Positions 24,468 through 38,000 of a DNA stretch of 64,000 bases are shown here, piece by piece. Made by a program: the position numbers and the translations under genes. The first letter of the stretch is position 1. Each line of letters begins with the position of its first letter. The notes below the pieces were generated by a model, which saw only the letters and a list, made by a program, of their open reading frames with translations, had not been told where the DNA came from and ran no database searches. Source of the stretch: Saccostrea echinata (taxonomy: Eukaryota); assembly GCF_033153115.1 (NCBI RefSeq), contig NW_026889751.1, positions 28,148,001 through 28,212,000 of the forward strand, given 5' to 3'.

Positions 24468-25879
24468 ATGAGTGAAGATGTAAATTACTGGGCAAAGCGA
24501 CCTCTGTCAAAATCTATGTTACACCTGTGTGCTATATCTGTGATGTCACTGGAACCTTTGTACACCTGTCTAGCCAGGTAAGAAATAAATATATAGGTTA
24601 AAATAGCGATATATATTTACGACGTAACACAAGCAACGTTTAAGGTACATGTATTTTCAATACATGTTCAACATCAGAATTTTAGTAGTATACGTACCAT
24701 ATGTTCGTCACACTTTTGAAGCACAATTATGTTAAACATATGTAGACTTCAAATGTGTTTAACATATACTGAACTATCATATACTAGTATTTAACACATG
24801 TAAAGAATAAGGACGTACAAGACGAACCAATCCACTGCTCTGAAACATGATATCTCTCAATTTTCAAAGTTCATCGAAAAGTTGTATTTTTCAAAAATTA
24901 TGTCATATTTAACATATTTGTTGTTTTTTTTTTTATTTAATTAAAAAACTAACTGATTGATATTTTTTTTTGAAGTTAACAGTTTAGCATATCAAGTAGA
25001 AAATGAGTCTATTGAAGCCTTAAAAAATCATTTTTGAATAAGAATAGGTCAAGTCTCCATTCCAAATAAACGTTTAAATGACGTGATAATGAAAGTAAAA
25101 TCTATTTTATGTTTTTAAAAAAATGGAGTCTGGGCCCATTTTTTATGAAAATGCATTCTATATGAAAAAAAAAGAAAATATCTGCAAAAATGATATGCTT
25201 CAACAAACTCGTTTATTTAAACCATACTAAAACACTCCAATGATGCGTAGTAGTGGTTAACGCGTTTTTTACATGTATTTGAACAGACAGCTTTGGTGAG
25301 TTCGAATCATGCGAGAGGCTTTTTTTCACATATTTTAAAAATATAGCTGAAAAATACATTATTTATCAGTAAGTTTTTCAATGAAATAAAGGAATCAAAT
25401 GTGTTTACAAATGATGTTACTGACAACACAATTTTCAAAATTATAACTATTTTTAATAAACTTTTGAAATTGAGATGTATATCTTGTCTCAGAGGAGGGG
25501 GGTTGTCCACGCCTTGTACCCTCCATTCTTTATGTGCAACATATATATTGTCCTTTATACATGGAAAACATACGTTTGCATGTCTGTTAAACATATGAAG
25601 CATTTTTACCTGTACGTGTACATTTACCTCTCTCTCTCTCTCTCTCATGCTTTCGTTTCTTCTTTCAGTCAGTTGGATCCGCACATGTGGGAGTGGTTTG
25701 ACTGTATGAGTGAGGAGAACCGTCTGTCACGGATCCAGAAGAGGCGGATCCAGTCCGTAAAGACCGCCAGGAGGACCCAGCAGTTTGTCGAGCACCTGTA
25801 CGAATATCCCGTGACGCACCTTACAGAGGAAGAACGACAACTCCTGTCCCACTCGCTACCAGAGGCTCATCCCGACTAA
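24468..25879 (+). CDS. Two-exon 106-aa ORF, probably the distal 5' exons of the SH2 adaptor gene
   Basis: Acceptor TTTCAG|24462, ATG at 24468, donor CAG|GTAAGA after 24577; acceptor TTTCAG|25669 in matching phase 2. Product MSEDVNYWAKRPLSK...LDPHMWEWFDCMSEENRLSRIQKRR...HPD*. GC-rich, coding-like composition. Confidence 0.55.
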
Positions 25880-27449
25880 GTGTTGACGTGACGTCTCTTT
25901 TATACAGTAGTTTAGTAAATCTATCTGTATAATTATTTTACCAAACCTGGACATTAACGATTCAAGTTTCCTTCAGACAATTTCAAGAAAAACGTGTTGT
26001 TGTTTTTTTTAAATATAAGACCAAATTTGACAAGATTTCAATAAGTAATATTTTCTTTAGTTCAGTAAAATTTCCGTAGATTTGAAGTCCAAGGACATGT
26101 CTGTCACATTTCAGAAGTACATGCAGAATGGAATTTTTGCATTTTTTATGATTATACTTTGAAAAGGATAAGGTAAAATTTCATTGAAAAAAGTGCTTCT
26201 CCGCTAACAAACCTTCCTTCAATTAGCAGTGTGAAACGCGTTCGTAATATTTGCGATTGTAGCAATGTGCGTGATTTATTGCACGAATTCAATATAAAAT
26301 TCATCAATATAATATTTGCCTATAAAGCTTCTAAGTCAACACAGTGATGCTTTGTGCTATTTCTTTTCCTTTCTCGCGTTAAACATTAACGTTTCTTTTG
26401 TTAATTGAAAAATGGTGTCAAGGTTTTGATATGTATAACAAAACCCTCTACCTATTATTGTACGTGTAGCTTTAGAACCTTTGGATATGATGTATAAGGT
26501 GATAATCCAAACCTATTTTATGTATATGTGCAATAAAGTGTTAAATATCATTATGTGTATATTAGTTGTCACTTCAACGAAAGGAAGTCACTCATTCTGA
26601 AGATTCAGTGATCTTGTTCGCTTCAGTGTTTGACCCCGTGAAGAGATGCAGTGTTCACTCCGCGTCTAGGAAGTGGGTACCCTGAAAAAAAATGTATTGT
26701 GTATACTATTTTTTTTAACACTATAAGTCTCCTTTACATGATAAATACATATACACAATATTTATCATGCTGTGTGACATATATATTAATGAACGTGCTT
26801 TGCCTTCCGAGTTGTTAATAATTTCACTGAATCACGACACTTGGTTGCCTCCCAGCCCCGCGTTCTGTCAGCAGCTCTATATACAGATTGGCATGAGGTC
26901 TCAAGACGCCGGTTAAAGTGGGCGTTGCCTCCGTCTTTCACTTCCTCCTTGTTTTGTTAATTGAATGGAGAGATTGATATTGAGAGGAAACTTCCTCCGG
27001 ATGCCTCACTTACTGGTCTTTGCTGTCTAACACTTTTTAAATGCGTACATTTAAGGATGTTTATATTTCTTACAAAGTCATGGATTTCATCGTCGGGGGT
27101 TAAAGATGATTCATTGAAGTTAACCATTTCCCCTTCAATCGATTTTGATACTGATGATTTTCAACACGTTTAAATTGTTAATGCACAAGCGTGCATTCTG
27201 TATTTTTTATTGTTAAACTATGAGACTGAGGTGAAAAGAAAAAAAAGAACTTGCACTGACAGAGGAAAACTGCCTCTTCATGCGGAAACCTTTCCTGTGT
27301 ATGCTGGAGATAACTTCCGACAAAAACTGAAAAGGACACACAAAGATGCACCGTTGTTCATCTTGCTGCTCCTAGCACGTTCATAGGTTAGTGTATTCCA
27401 AGGACGAACTGCTACTAGCACGTTTATTGACTTGTGTGTCCTACCCTAG

Positions 27450-27549
27450 GACGATGCAAACACGAAGAGAGAGAAGTATGAAGTGGTCTGCCAACAGTCG
27501 GCAAATCCGGCTCGGCAAAATCCAGATTGCCGACATCCAGTCGGACGAG
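27450..27549 (+). CDS. Putative upstream coding exon of the SH2 adaptor gene
   Basis: Acceptor CCCTAG|, donor GAG|GTAGGC. Phase 2 in (fits 24577) and phase 0 out (fits 47311). Encodes TMQTRRERSMKWSANSRQIRLGKIQIADIQSDE. Confidence 0.55.
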
Positions 27550-28005
27550 GTAGGCATACCCCAGCTTTCTTCCGTGTTTGTTTTAATTCCGAATTCATTG
27601 CTGTATACATACAATGTATAAATGGCGGAGCATGTTAAAAAATGATACAGACTTGGGCATCATTTAAAATACGTTTTTCTCCTATCCCGACCCAATTTCC
27701 TTAAGTTGGGTAGGTAGGAAGGAAAATAAGTTTATTTTCTTACGGATGCTTTGAAAAACATTCTGAAATTAATTAAGTTTAATAATACTTTTAAAAATTA
27801 CAACAAAACAAAAAAAAGCAATTTTAAAACAAAAGATAATGCAAATTGGTTGTGAAAACAAGCCTAATTCACAACTATTGTTCAATTGAACATATAAGTT
27901 ACATCTCACCAGTGTCGATTTCTAACATTGAAAAAGATAAGATCCTTAGACACCCAAAGATACTAACATCTTCCAGTGCCTGCACTGGCAAAGTGCCTTT
28001 TCAAG

Positions 28006-28230
28006 GGCCTTTCGTAGCACAGTGGTTCTAGAGTCGCAACGTAAGGAGGTAATCCTTAATTTACGGGTTCCAATCTCACTGTAAATACTAGGCCCTAGTC
28101 GTAAGCACGAAAAAATACTTCACTGCTTCATGGCCGTAGGTATCACAGGTCTAACAGCCCTCAACATGCAAGGGTGGCGTCCAAACATGTGTGAAAAATT
28201 CTTGAAGGGACTTAGAGCAAGCAAAACAAC
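28006..28230 (+). mobile_element. Degenerate copy of the tRNA-derived SINE
   Basis: Colinear similarity to 7844-8142 (AGTGGTT..CTAGAGTCGC..GTAAGGAG..CACGAAAAA..GTGAAAAATTCTTGA) with an internal deletion. Confidence 0.7.
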
Positions 28231-28389
28231 CTAGCTTCGCGGGCCTAATTAAAGGATTGTGTACTAGACATCTGAGGAATACTAGCTTTAGCTATCAAGC
28301 TGTAGTTGTCTTAAAATTAGTTTTGAAGATTTCAAAACCCATTTGGAAGGTAAAGGATACATTTATTAACAGTAATTAATTGAACTTAT

Positions 28390-28640
28390 TATGGCCGTAG
28401 GAGCCGGGGGAGGGGGGCACGGAGGGCCGTGCCCCCCCCCCCCGCCTTAATAATTTTGCTGATATATAGAAAATCATAGAAAACAGCTATTATATGCTTG
28501 TGCCCCCTCAATAATTACGCCTGGTGACCTTTTTTTTTTTGGCTTGTCAAGGAATTTTGGTACTTGATAGTACCCCCCCCCCCCCAACTGAAAATGTATG
28601 GTTGTGCCCTCTCAAAGTGAAATTGCTTCCAACGGGCCTG
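28390..28640. mobile_element. MITE of the same family as 18671-18912
   Basis: Colinear with the 18671 copy; 5-bp TSD CTTAT. Confidence 0.8.
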
Positions 28641-29989
28641 CTTATCATGCAAGAAACTATATAGTTGACACCTGATGACACTGGCCTTACTAAGTACCTT
28701 AGTAATCAATATTCAAAAAAGGTGCACTATAGATATATATATAATTAGCAATTGACTAAATGTTTCATTAAGAGTGTAGGATTCTTATGTTTAAGACATA
28801 TGGGATTACTAGGACGCCGTTGTTTTACAAAATGAACTTTCTTTTTCAGAAAACCCATTGAAACCGCATGTTGTGTCCGCTATTTTGTAACAAACAATAA
28901 TAGAAAGAAAACAACTTCTTTGATTAAAAAAAAAGATTTGGATGAAATTGGATTTTAAAAAGTTAATTTAAACAAATATCTAGACATTTTTGGTCAAAAA
29001 AATAATCAGTCGGCAAGATTTAGGTCGTGTTAGGGGCAACAAAAAGATTTCTTACTTGGGCCTAATCTGCCAAAGTTAATTAAGTAGAAGTTATCCGTCA
29101 GCTAAGAAACGAACTTTCATGTGCATTTCAGTTCTCCTAACGTACCTGTTCTTTATGAAGAATTCGATATTCTAAGCTGTGTTCTCAAGAGACTTCATTG
29201 TGTCATTCTTGGTCATCACCTAATACAGACAACTTTCATCCTCACGCTATTAAAGTCTAGGACTCTGTGTTATATGCAGGGATTTTTGCCTTGGAGGAGT
29301 TATGTTGCTGTGTCGTTTTTACAACCACTTAATCTTCAATTCTTGCAAAGAATTCCTTTTTCTCCTTCCTTCTGAAAAACATAATATTAAGTGCGTTTTA
29401 TTTGCTTTTATAAGATGATGAATATAGCAGTTAAATAGTTCCATGGCCTTCACCAGGTTTCTGGTAAGGGGGTGAAGGGGAGGGAAACACCGTAAACAAG
29501 ATTTTTTTATGTGTACTATTTTGGTGGGTTCTGCATTTTTTTTCTTCAAAATATAGAAGCATTACTTTAAACAGATGAATAATGAATATTTTGTTAACAA
29601 AATTATTTTGATTTCTTTAAAAGGTAGAAGGGGTAAATACGTTAACACCCAATCGTGAATTCACCCCCCCCCCTTTCTGACTGCCATAACTTCAATCAAT
29701 GCAAAAGAAGGAAATCTTACACTTATTACATGTAAGAAGGGGGTCGATACATGACATTGTTTTTAAACTTGTCGTTCTCTGTACACAAATTTGATGCCCT
29801 TATGAAAAAGCATTTGACAAATATTTTGTTAAGATAGGACTAAAAAATCTTAACCATGCCCTAGATGCTTTAGAAATGACACAAATATACGGGAAATTAT
29901 TCTTGTAGGAATATAGAACGTAACTAATGTAGAATTTTAGAAATCTAAAGCCAAGCTTATTCTTTGCTTTCTTTTTAAAGATTTTTTTT

Positions 29990-30835
29990 ATCAAAGGTCA
30001 TCTGTTGTCAATAACAGTTTACATTTTCGACTTCCCGTCAGAAACAACTGATCGAGCCAATTTAAAAAAAAAATTGCCACAAAGCATCCCCATTAGGTAA
30101 AAGTGGCACAAATTTCTTAAATTAAAGGGTCACGACCTTTTCAAGGGGAGGGAGAGAGATAATTTAGAAAAATAGAAAACAAACCTCATCAAGAGCAGAA
30201 AGATCATAATTGATCATATCAGTAAACAAACATCCCCATGTGGTAATGATTCACAGTGTTCAGATCCTGGCCGCCAAAGCAAGAATGGGTCACAATTGTA
30301 GAAATAGAAACTTGTAAAAATCCTCTTCATAAGAACGCCATGGTCATAACTAGTTATATTTATATAGAAATATTACCAACCAATGCCCAATAGATTGGTT
30401 TAAAAAAACTTTTAAAAATTTTAAAATCATTAATATCGCAGGGCCTCAGTTAGCCCCCCCCCCCCCCCCCCCACACACACACAAATGAAGCGCAGATTTA
30501 TGTTTGGCCAAGTTATTTTCCCCCGGAGGATGTAAAGGTCCACCATGGGTCAGATCTAGAGTAAAAGATATATATACAGATACAGAGAGAATATCTTTTA
30601 ATGTAGAACAGAAGGACAACAATGACAAGTATTCATATTGATATACATTTATTCTCATGTAGTGTGGATTCAAGTTTGGTGAAGTGAGTGTGCCCCTGAG
30701 ACAAGTTTGTGATCACAATATGGGATCTGATTTACATGGTTTATATAAAGAGGAAAAAATGTCTCAAACTCTCCACAAAAACAACAGGGCATGTGGGGAC
30801 TCATGTGAGCGCCGTAGCCCATATGCCTCTTGTTT
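29990..30835 (-). mobile_element. Degenerate HINE/Helentron-type element
   Basis: Ends in GTGAGCGCCGTAGCCCATATGCCTCTTGTTT, the reverse of an AAACAAGAGG.. 5' end; internal repeat remnants. Confidence 0.45.
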
Positions 30836-32267
30836 ATTCGTTCTTGAATTCAGTCTCTCTATAGGAGTGGTTTTACTTTCTTTACTTTTTAAACAATAAT
30901 TACGATATCCTTGAACAAAAGAAGAGGGGGAGGGGGGAGTTACGGTTATTTACTTGTTTTGCTATGTACATGTAGATATTAATGTTAGAACAAAGAATGT
31001 GTGAGAGCTTACTTCAAGCTCCAGTGAAGAGGCTCAACCATTCTGTTAACTGTAGTGATTGGAGAGGAAGGATTCGATAGATTCTGCATGGGTCTAAAAT
31101 GTCTAAAGAACAACTAGCTTTAAAATTCACCTATTTTAAATCAAAATTTACAAATGCACCATAAAAATATTGGACTTTAACTTTTTTCTCTTGGAAAAGT
31201 CATAGACATACTACTTGTATGTGAGTTTATACGACATTCGAGAAATAACAGCTTTATCTAAATAAATGTATCATGTGTCACAGTTGATATTTAATTAAAT
31301 GTTTTGTTAATAATTTATATTTGGTTAGCGCACATTGCTAATCAAACAAAGCGCTGTTTGAGTGAATGAGTGTCATGTGTGAATGTTTTATTTTGTCACG
31401 TGATGTTTCTATTTTTAGCTTACAAACTGACCAGGTATACGAATACGACCAGTGGACCAATGACAGACCACTATTTGATAATTAATATGCATGTATACTA
31501 ACTTCGTGCACTACATAAGCTCTTATTCCGCCAAATCCAATAACTATTAAATTTCTACCTTTACGGTCTAAGAAGTCCAACCCTTCATGTTACTTTTGAA
31601 GTCATCGATTTTCACGATGTCTTGATAACTATGATATTTTATGATTATACTGGATACCTGGTTTCATTTCTTTTTGTTATCAAACGTCAAAACTGAACCG
31701 AATCCAGCGTTTTCTTTAACGATTACCCTGTGACACATGTTTCTCCATGAAGTTTTATAAAGGACCCTCTATACATAGCAAAATAAGAAGCTCTAATTCA
31801 ATGGTATTTTCATAGAACTAGTGAAATAAGATATTCTTAAATCTTCAGTCCATTACTCAATTTGTGATCAATTCAAAAATTCTAAACATTTTATTAGGAA
31901 AAGATCAATTAATTTTACACTTTAATGGCATAAATTTTCCTCATTTAAGTGATGAACAGTGATCAATTTAACATTAATCATTGTCTATATGAACATTTTT
32001 CCTTTGGGAAAATGACATGTAACCTGTGTTGAAAATGAAAATGAATTCAGCATTTAAACCTTTATACATTTAAAAATTTTCCCAATATCCGGAAAACATT
32101 TATTACGCAGTAGTACATGTACATGTTTATTAAAGGTCCTTAAAAGCACACTTTTCTTTAGAAGATATCTCATAATTAAATATTTTTCAGAGTTACGATG
32201 AATTAAAGAAGATGAAATACGTATAAGGGACATGGATTTTAAGGAGAGTTTCTCTTACTGAAATATT

Positions 32268-32271
<4 letters not shown>

Positions 32272-32329
<58 letters not shown>
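32272..32329 (+). repeat. (CT)n microsatellite
   Basis: Seen directly in the sequence. Confidence 0.95.
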
Positions 32330-32332
<3 letters not shown>

Positions 32333-33685
32333 GGTTAGGGTGGAATTTTTTATACATGTATTTGACGTGCTTAAATATAAGAACCCGCGAACACAAAGAG
32401 CCTAAATCATTTAAACATTGTGTATAACCCCAAATGATATTTTCATTGATTTATATTAACACTGAACATGCAATTTGTATGATATTTATTTATTTATCTT
32501 TATGTTTGTTAGTTTTATTATTTGTTATCCTTTTTTTTGGGGGGGGGGCGTTTTTTAAGTACACAACATCCCTCTAAATACTTTACAGCATATTGTTTTT
32601 ATCAATGATTTTAGTTCTGGAGATGGAAGGGGGTAATCAAACATGATACATATGTACATTTATGAAAATGGTTTCTCAGATATTTTTGTAGATGACTTTA
32701 ATGAAGACGGGAAAATCCCTTGCTTGATCCGCACTTTACTTTAAACCCCCACCCCACCCATTTCAAATGTAAAATAAAAAGGATGGATTTCTATATTTTT
32801 AAGCTATATTAATTTCTTTTAAGGTCTGCATTTGAGATAAAGTCTAATCACAACACCTTATTTATAGCTTTATGCTTTATTTTCATTTCATTATTTAATT
32901 TCATTATTTTCTTTTCATTATTTTCTACATGTAACGAATTACAATCGATGAACGGTTGAACACTACAAAATCAATATTTGTACACTATTTTCAAAGAAAT
33001 CAGTCAAGAGAGGGAAATATTTTTATCTTAACAGAAACATAAAAGACATTGATGTTGTTTGTTTTTTATTTTTTAACAAACTCATGATAAAATGCGTTAT
33101 TTCAATTATTTTACATCAAAAAGAACAGAATGATAAAGGGGAAAAAAATCAGTGTCACATAGGCTTTCTTTGTTCTATAAAGAATGCCAAGTAATGTATT
33201 TGGCGACACAAAGTAAATAGAAATGTTTTACGCAGTTAATTCTTCTTTACAATGATGGTTCAGGGTGTAAGTTTATAGGAGGAGGTGTATCATATATATA
33301 ACGTATAGTAAGTTTGAAGTGAATGACAGTGTGAGTCAAACACGCTGGTTTCCCTGCTATCCACAGTTTATACTTCTGATGATAAAAGTATGAAATTTGC
33401 AGGCACGTAGTGAACGGAAAGTGGGGGGGTGGGGGGCATCCCACTTTTTTACGAGAATACTATTAATCTTTTGCTGCCAATATAGTATAAAAGTTTTCAA
33501 TTCGTTTGTGTCCCATCCCCTTCACTTTTTGTTGCAGTAGGGTCAAACCCTCAACCACCCACCACCACGAATTTCGATTATGGGCTGGTTCAAAGTTTTT
33601 TGAGGAACCTCTTTTGTTTCTGCTTGTCATTGATTTTCTGGGGCTGCCCCCCCCCCCCTTTTTTTGAAAAAAAAAGCTATGAGTC

Positions 33686-34230
33686 ACTCAGGTGACCTGT
33701 TGCGATCTGATTTTGTCCGTCGTTATATGCGTCGGTCATAAACTTTTTTTCACTTCTTCTCTCGAACCATTTGCATCTTCGGATAAAGGGAAACACAAAT
33801 TGTGAACTTGGTCGTTGTGCCCCCCCCCCCCCCCCCCGAGCCTGAAGAGAGGGGCAAAAACCACCAAAATTAATGCAATCTTCAAAAATCTTCTTTACTT
33901 CTGAACATTAAACAGAAAAAATATTGACCTGATTATATGTATTATATGTATAAGAAATATATAAGCTCTCTGCCAATATTGTGAAATTTAGTGGATTTGG
34001 TGTTCCGGTGTAAGGGCGGCCGGGGCTCTATTATCATTTTGAGAAAATGCCTTATTTAAAAAAGAAATCTCTACTCATGTTGTAGGATACAGTTGTACTT
34101 AGCAGACAAATCTAAATGCATGGTTACGATAATTTAAGCAAGGGTGCCTATACCTAAATTGTGAGCCTTTGGTCTTGAGGTTCTGGAGTTAGGGCGGGGC
34201 TCTATTGATCATTGTTATAGTGAAATACAA
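33686..34230 (-). mobile_element. HINE/Helentron-type fragment
   Basis: CACTCAGGTGACCTGTTGCGATC..TGTCCGTCGTT start, plus two internal repeat units (..GGGCGGGGCTCTATTGATCATT..) similar to the reverse of 56600-56950. Confidence 0.45.
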
Positions 34231-34370
34231 TTTTTATTTTAATTTACTTTGAGATAAGTTATTCCTCTTTGATTATTCACATATTATAGATAATCATGTA
34301 AATAATGTATTTAATCGTGTAATCGAAAGGTCACATGAATTTATTAAAAAAAAAAAAATTAATGTGATAC

Positions 34371-34392
34371 CAGGGACCTATATAGGTCCCTG
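34371..34392. mobile_element. 22-bp TIR-only transposon footprint
   Basis: Perfect palindrome CAGGGACCTATATAGGTCCCTG flanked by the direct repeat GTGATAC (34364-34370 and 34393-34399). Confidence 0.7.
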
Positions 34393-34929
34393 GTGATACA
34401 AAAGTACTTTTCTTATATTTCAATAGTCAGGAAATTTTAGTAAAAATATATGCGTTCAGTACATTACCAATATGTAGTATCATAAGTCCTCAAGAAATGG
34501 AACAATGTAAGTTTTTTTTTTTTTTTATCTCTGTCCATATTATACTGTTTATACTATTTGCATAATGATTATGTATAACTTCAAGTTGTAAAAGTAGTTG
34601 ACTTCACTGATTTGTACACTTGCATGTATGTATGTACTTTAGTATATGTTTTAGTAATCTGAAAACACACTGTATTTTTCATTTTGTTTGTAACATGGTT
34701 GTATGCCAACATGTTTGGTGAATCAATAAATTGAATTGAATTGAATTTTTTTTTTTTGCATTTTACCCCCCCCCCCAAAGTAGGACTAGGGCGGCTCTCA
34801 GACCCCCTACGTTATGGTAAGTGTTGCTCACTAGAATTCACCAAAGTCCTGGTACGTTACAACTAGACTAGTTGTTAACTTAAAGATATATTCTTTGAAG
34901 CCCCCCTTTCAAGATCAAGATGTGGGTTT

Positions 34930-35070
34930 AAATTTCGCGCCAATAGTTATAATTTTAGCCAATGGCTGTATTTCAAATTTTAACTGCTGAGCATAAGGAA
35001 GGAAATTTTAACTTCCTGGATTACGATGACGAGTTTGTAAGTGGTAGGGTTAGTGTGAATCGAGCGAGTA
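34930..35070 (+). promoter_or_regulatory. Probable proximal promoter of the SH2 adaptor exon starting at 35071
   Basis: Two CCAAT boxes (GCGCCAAT, AGCCAATGG) and ETS-like AGGAAG / ACTTCCTG motifs directly upstream of the ATG. Confidence 0.4.
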
Positions 35071-38000
35071 ATGTTAACAGGAAGTCAGCTGGATGCAGAA
35101 GATCGTGTTTATTCGGAGCCTTTTAGCCATCTCCCACCGAGTCTGCAAAAAGCAATCAATGACAGCGAATTAAAATCTGAGAAAAGGCCTATACGCCGCA
35201 CTCAAAACAGAACTGCTTTCAAAGACACACGAACCTCAGTCCCCCATAAAGCAGAGGCAGAACCCGCTAAACACGATCTGTCTGACCCCCCCTCCCCCCA
35301 GCATGAGGTGGGGCCAGAGGGGGAGGGGTCTCTAACACAGAGTAGAGATGGTGAAGGGTGCTTTTCCTGGTTACCTGGCGATAAGGTATACCAGCTCATT
35401 TCCCACCTATTTATTTCCTTCCCCTATATTTAGTTAACAAACATTTAATATTAGTAGAAAAAATGATACAGGAAATTATAGTCAGTTTAGATGGACACTA
35501 TTAGTTTAGGTTGACATGCTTGTTCTGAAAGTGAAACTATAGACAAGGAATGTTATTTGTTATTATGCAACTGTGTACAGTTATTCTGACTTTAAGCAAA
35601 AATATTTTCTTTTAAGTCTTGTAAATGATTCTTCAGTCTGCAATATTTCAACAGATTAAATTCCTGTGTCATAATACAAGACAAAAGAAATAATTATTTA
35701 ACATGGATAACATATTTCATTGTGAGCATTAAATAACAAAGGTACCCCATAATTGTAGACTTTAGTATTTGTATATTAACCATGCATTTATGTAGTTTCC
35801 TTCCTAAAATTTATCCTTGCCAGGTTAACTAAGTACAACAAACCTAAAGCACATGTTACATATAAATGTATGTCGCCCATGCTTTACTAACTTACTTATA
35901 TACTTGTAGAAGTACAGTTAATAGTTTGTTTTTGAAGACTTCTTAAATACTTGTGAGTCATGTGTTTATGAAATACAACTAAAAAAATTTAAATAGAACC
36001 ATGTAAAATTGAGGTTCAACGTTTACCAACTTTTTATTTTTAGCCTCTAGTATATCATATTGCACTATTTTAGTAATGGTCATATGATGAAGAATCATAC
36101 GATATTTACAGTCGTAAACATGCTCTGAACTGAGATGACTTTTCAGATATTATGGTAGCGACGTCATTGGGCTGATATTGTAAAGTGGGTTGGAAGACAG
36201 AGGAACATGCTTTTGTGAATGATTGCATCATATAACTGCATCCTCTCCTATAAACACTTAAATTGAAGTGTTTGTGGCAATTTGTACCAAGATACTTTTA
36301 AGAAAAACAAAATCATAGTTTAGGCTATTTATATACAACAGTGCATATATACTCTACCGATATTTTTTGTAATATAAGTAACTGTTTCCTAAGAATAGCT
36401 TTGTGATGTCATTGTGTCTCGGGTGATCTGGATATAAATGAGTCTGGCCGTACCAGCAAAGTTTTATTTAATTCACCTCTTAGTAAGCATCTCGTACTGT
36501 CACCAATGAAAGGGAAAAAAATTATCGGATTAAGCTTTGTGCCAAGATGTACGTGTTCCCATAAAGTAAGCTTTATATTCCTCTTTGTATAGGCCTAATC
36601 CTAGATATAATATTTATATCAGTTTGAGTACAGTAAAACATGCTTATAGTGCCAGGGATGAATAATTTTGATTGGTTACAAACATAATTCATTATATTCA
36701 TTAAGCTAGTTCACAAAACATTTTATTAAAACCATGGGGAATGAAAATCACTTCGCTGTAAGCATGAATAAGCGTTTGCTATAACCGTGTTTTATACGGT
36801 ATTGATATTTTATGAGAAATTGCGTTTTAAATTTTTTTTTTTTTTTTTTTTGATTCAAAGATATTTGAACAGGGAAAAAAAAAATGATTTTCACCAGGAT
36901 CTGACAAATATATTTTTTAATTTGTGAGAATTTCTATCACCTCATTCACATAGGCAACATTTATTAACTTATATTTGCCATTCTTACAATTTAGAGATGT
37001 ATATTAATGTAATTTAAGGGCCACCATTTGTTTAGAATAATCAGTATTGGACAGACTTGAACTACTTTTGTACAAAATATTTGTGGGGGAAAAACAATGC
37101 ATGAATAATACATGTAACTAGTGCTAATTGTAACGGGAACCGTTACAGATGTTCCCCAAACGGCTCCCAAATCCCTTATGATGCCCCATTCCCTACAAGC
37201 TTCAATAAATTAGACAATACTTTTGTGATATAGATGGACACTTTATTTTTAAGGGTATTTCGTTGGAAAACTACTCCTATATAGCCATATGGGTATTAGC
37301 CAGTCAAATTTCAGCGCATGTGCTTGCACATATTTTCTACATTTTTCACTTTAATTTTCTTATAGTGTCTCACAATACATATATTTGTGTTAAATATTAA
37401 AGAATCTCATTGAAAAATAAGAGAGATGTTACCCTTTAAATATTAGCCAATCAGAATTCAGCATACGCGCATGCATGGCCTTGCATTCAATTTTGATAGT
37501 ATCATAATGTAGGAGCTCTATGTGCCTATCCATGTCGTAAATTTCATCCTGTTTTGTGGAAAACCAAGGGAGTTATAGACATTTAAAGTTTCAACCAATC
37601 AGATTGCAGCATACCTGCATGCGCGTGTTTTCAAGAAATTTCCGATATAATATGTTGTAGCACCTTATAATATATACTTATATACTAAATTTCAAAGTAT
37701 TTTGTCAAAAAACAAGGAAATTATTGAGATTTTTGTATCAGCCAATCAGAGAAGAGCGCACGTGCATGCGCGTGAGTTCACGCTAATTTGACCATTTTAT
37801 CTTGTCTAGACTACTAATGTATCTTTATATTTTGAGTTTCAAAGCAATTCATCAAGAAATATAAAAGTTACGGCTTCATTAAGTATATCATTCATTTCAC
37901 TCATTGCATGCGCGCGCACGTGCATGCATGTGCGCGCAAAATGACCTTCGTTCCGAACACCTACACAACATGCCTATTAACCCTAAAAAGGTTTCATGTC

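Larger units (their letters stand above)
27655..29062. mobile_element. Old degenerate TIR element hosting a SINE and a MITE
   Basis: Imperfect inverted ends (CCTATCCCGACCCA.. / ..TAGGTCGTGTTAGGGG..GGGCC); no clean TSD. Confidence 0.3.
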
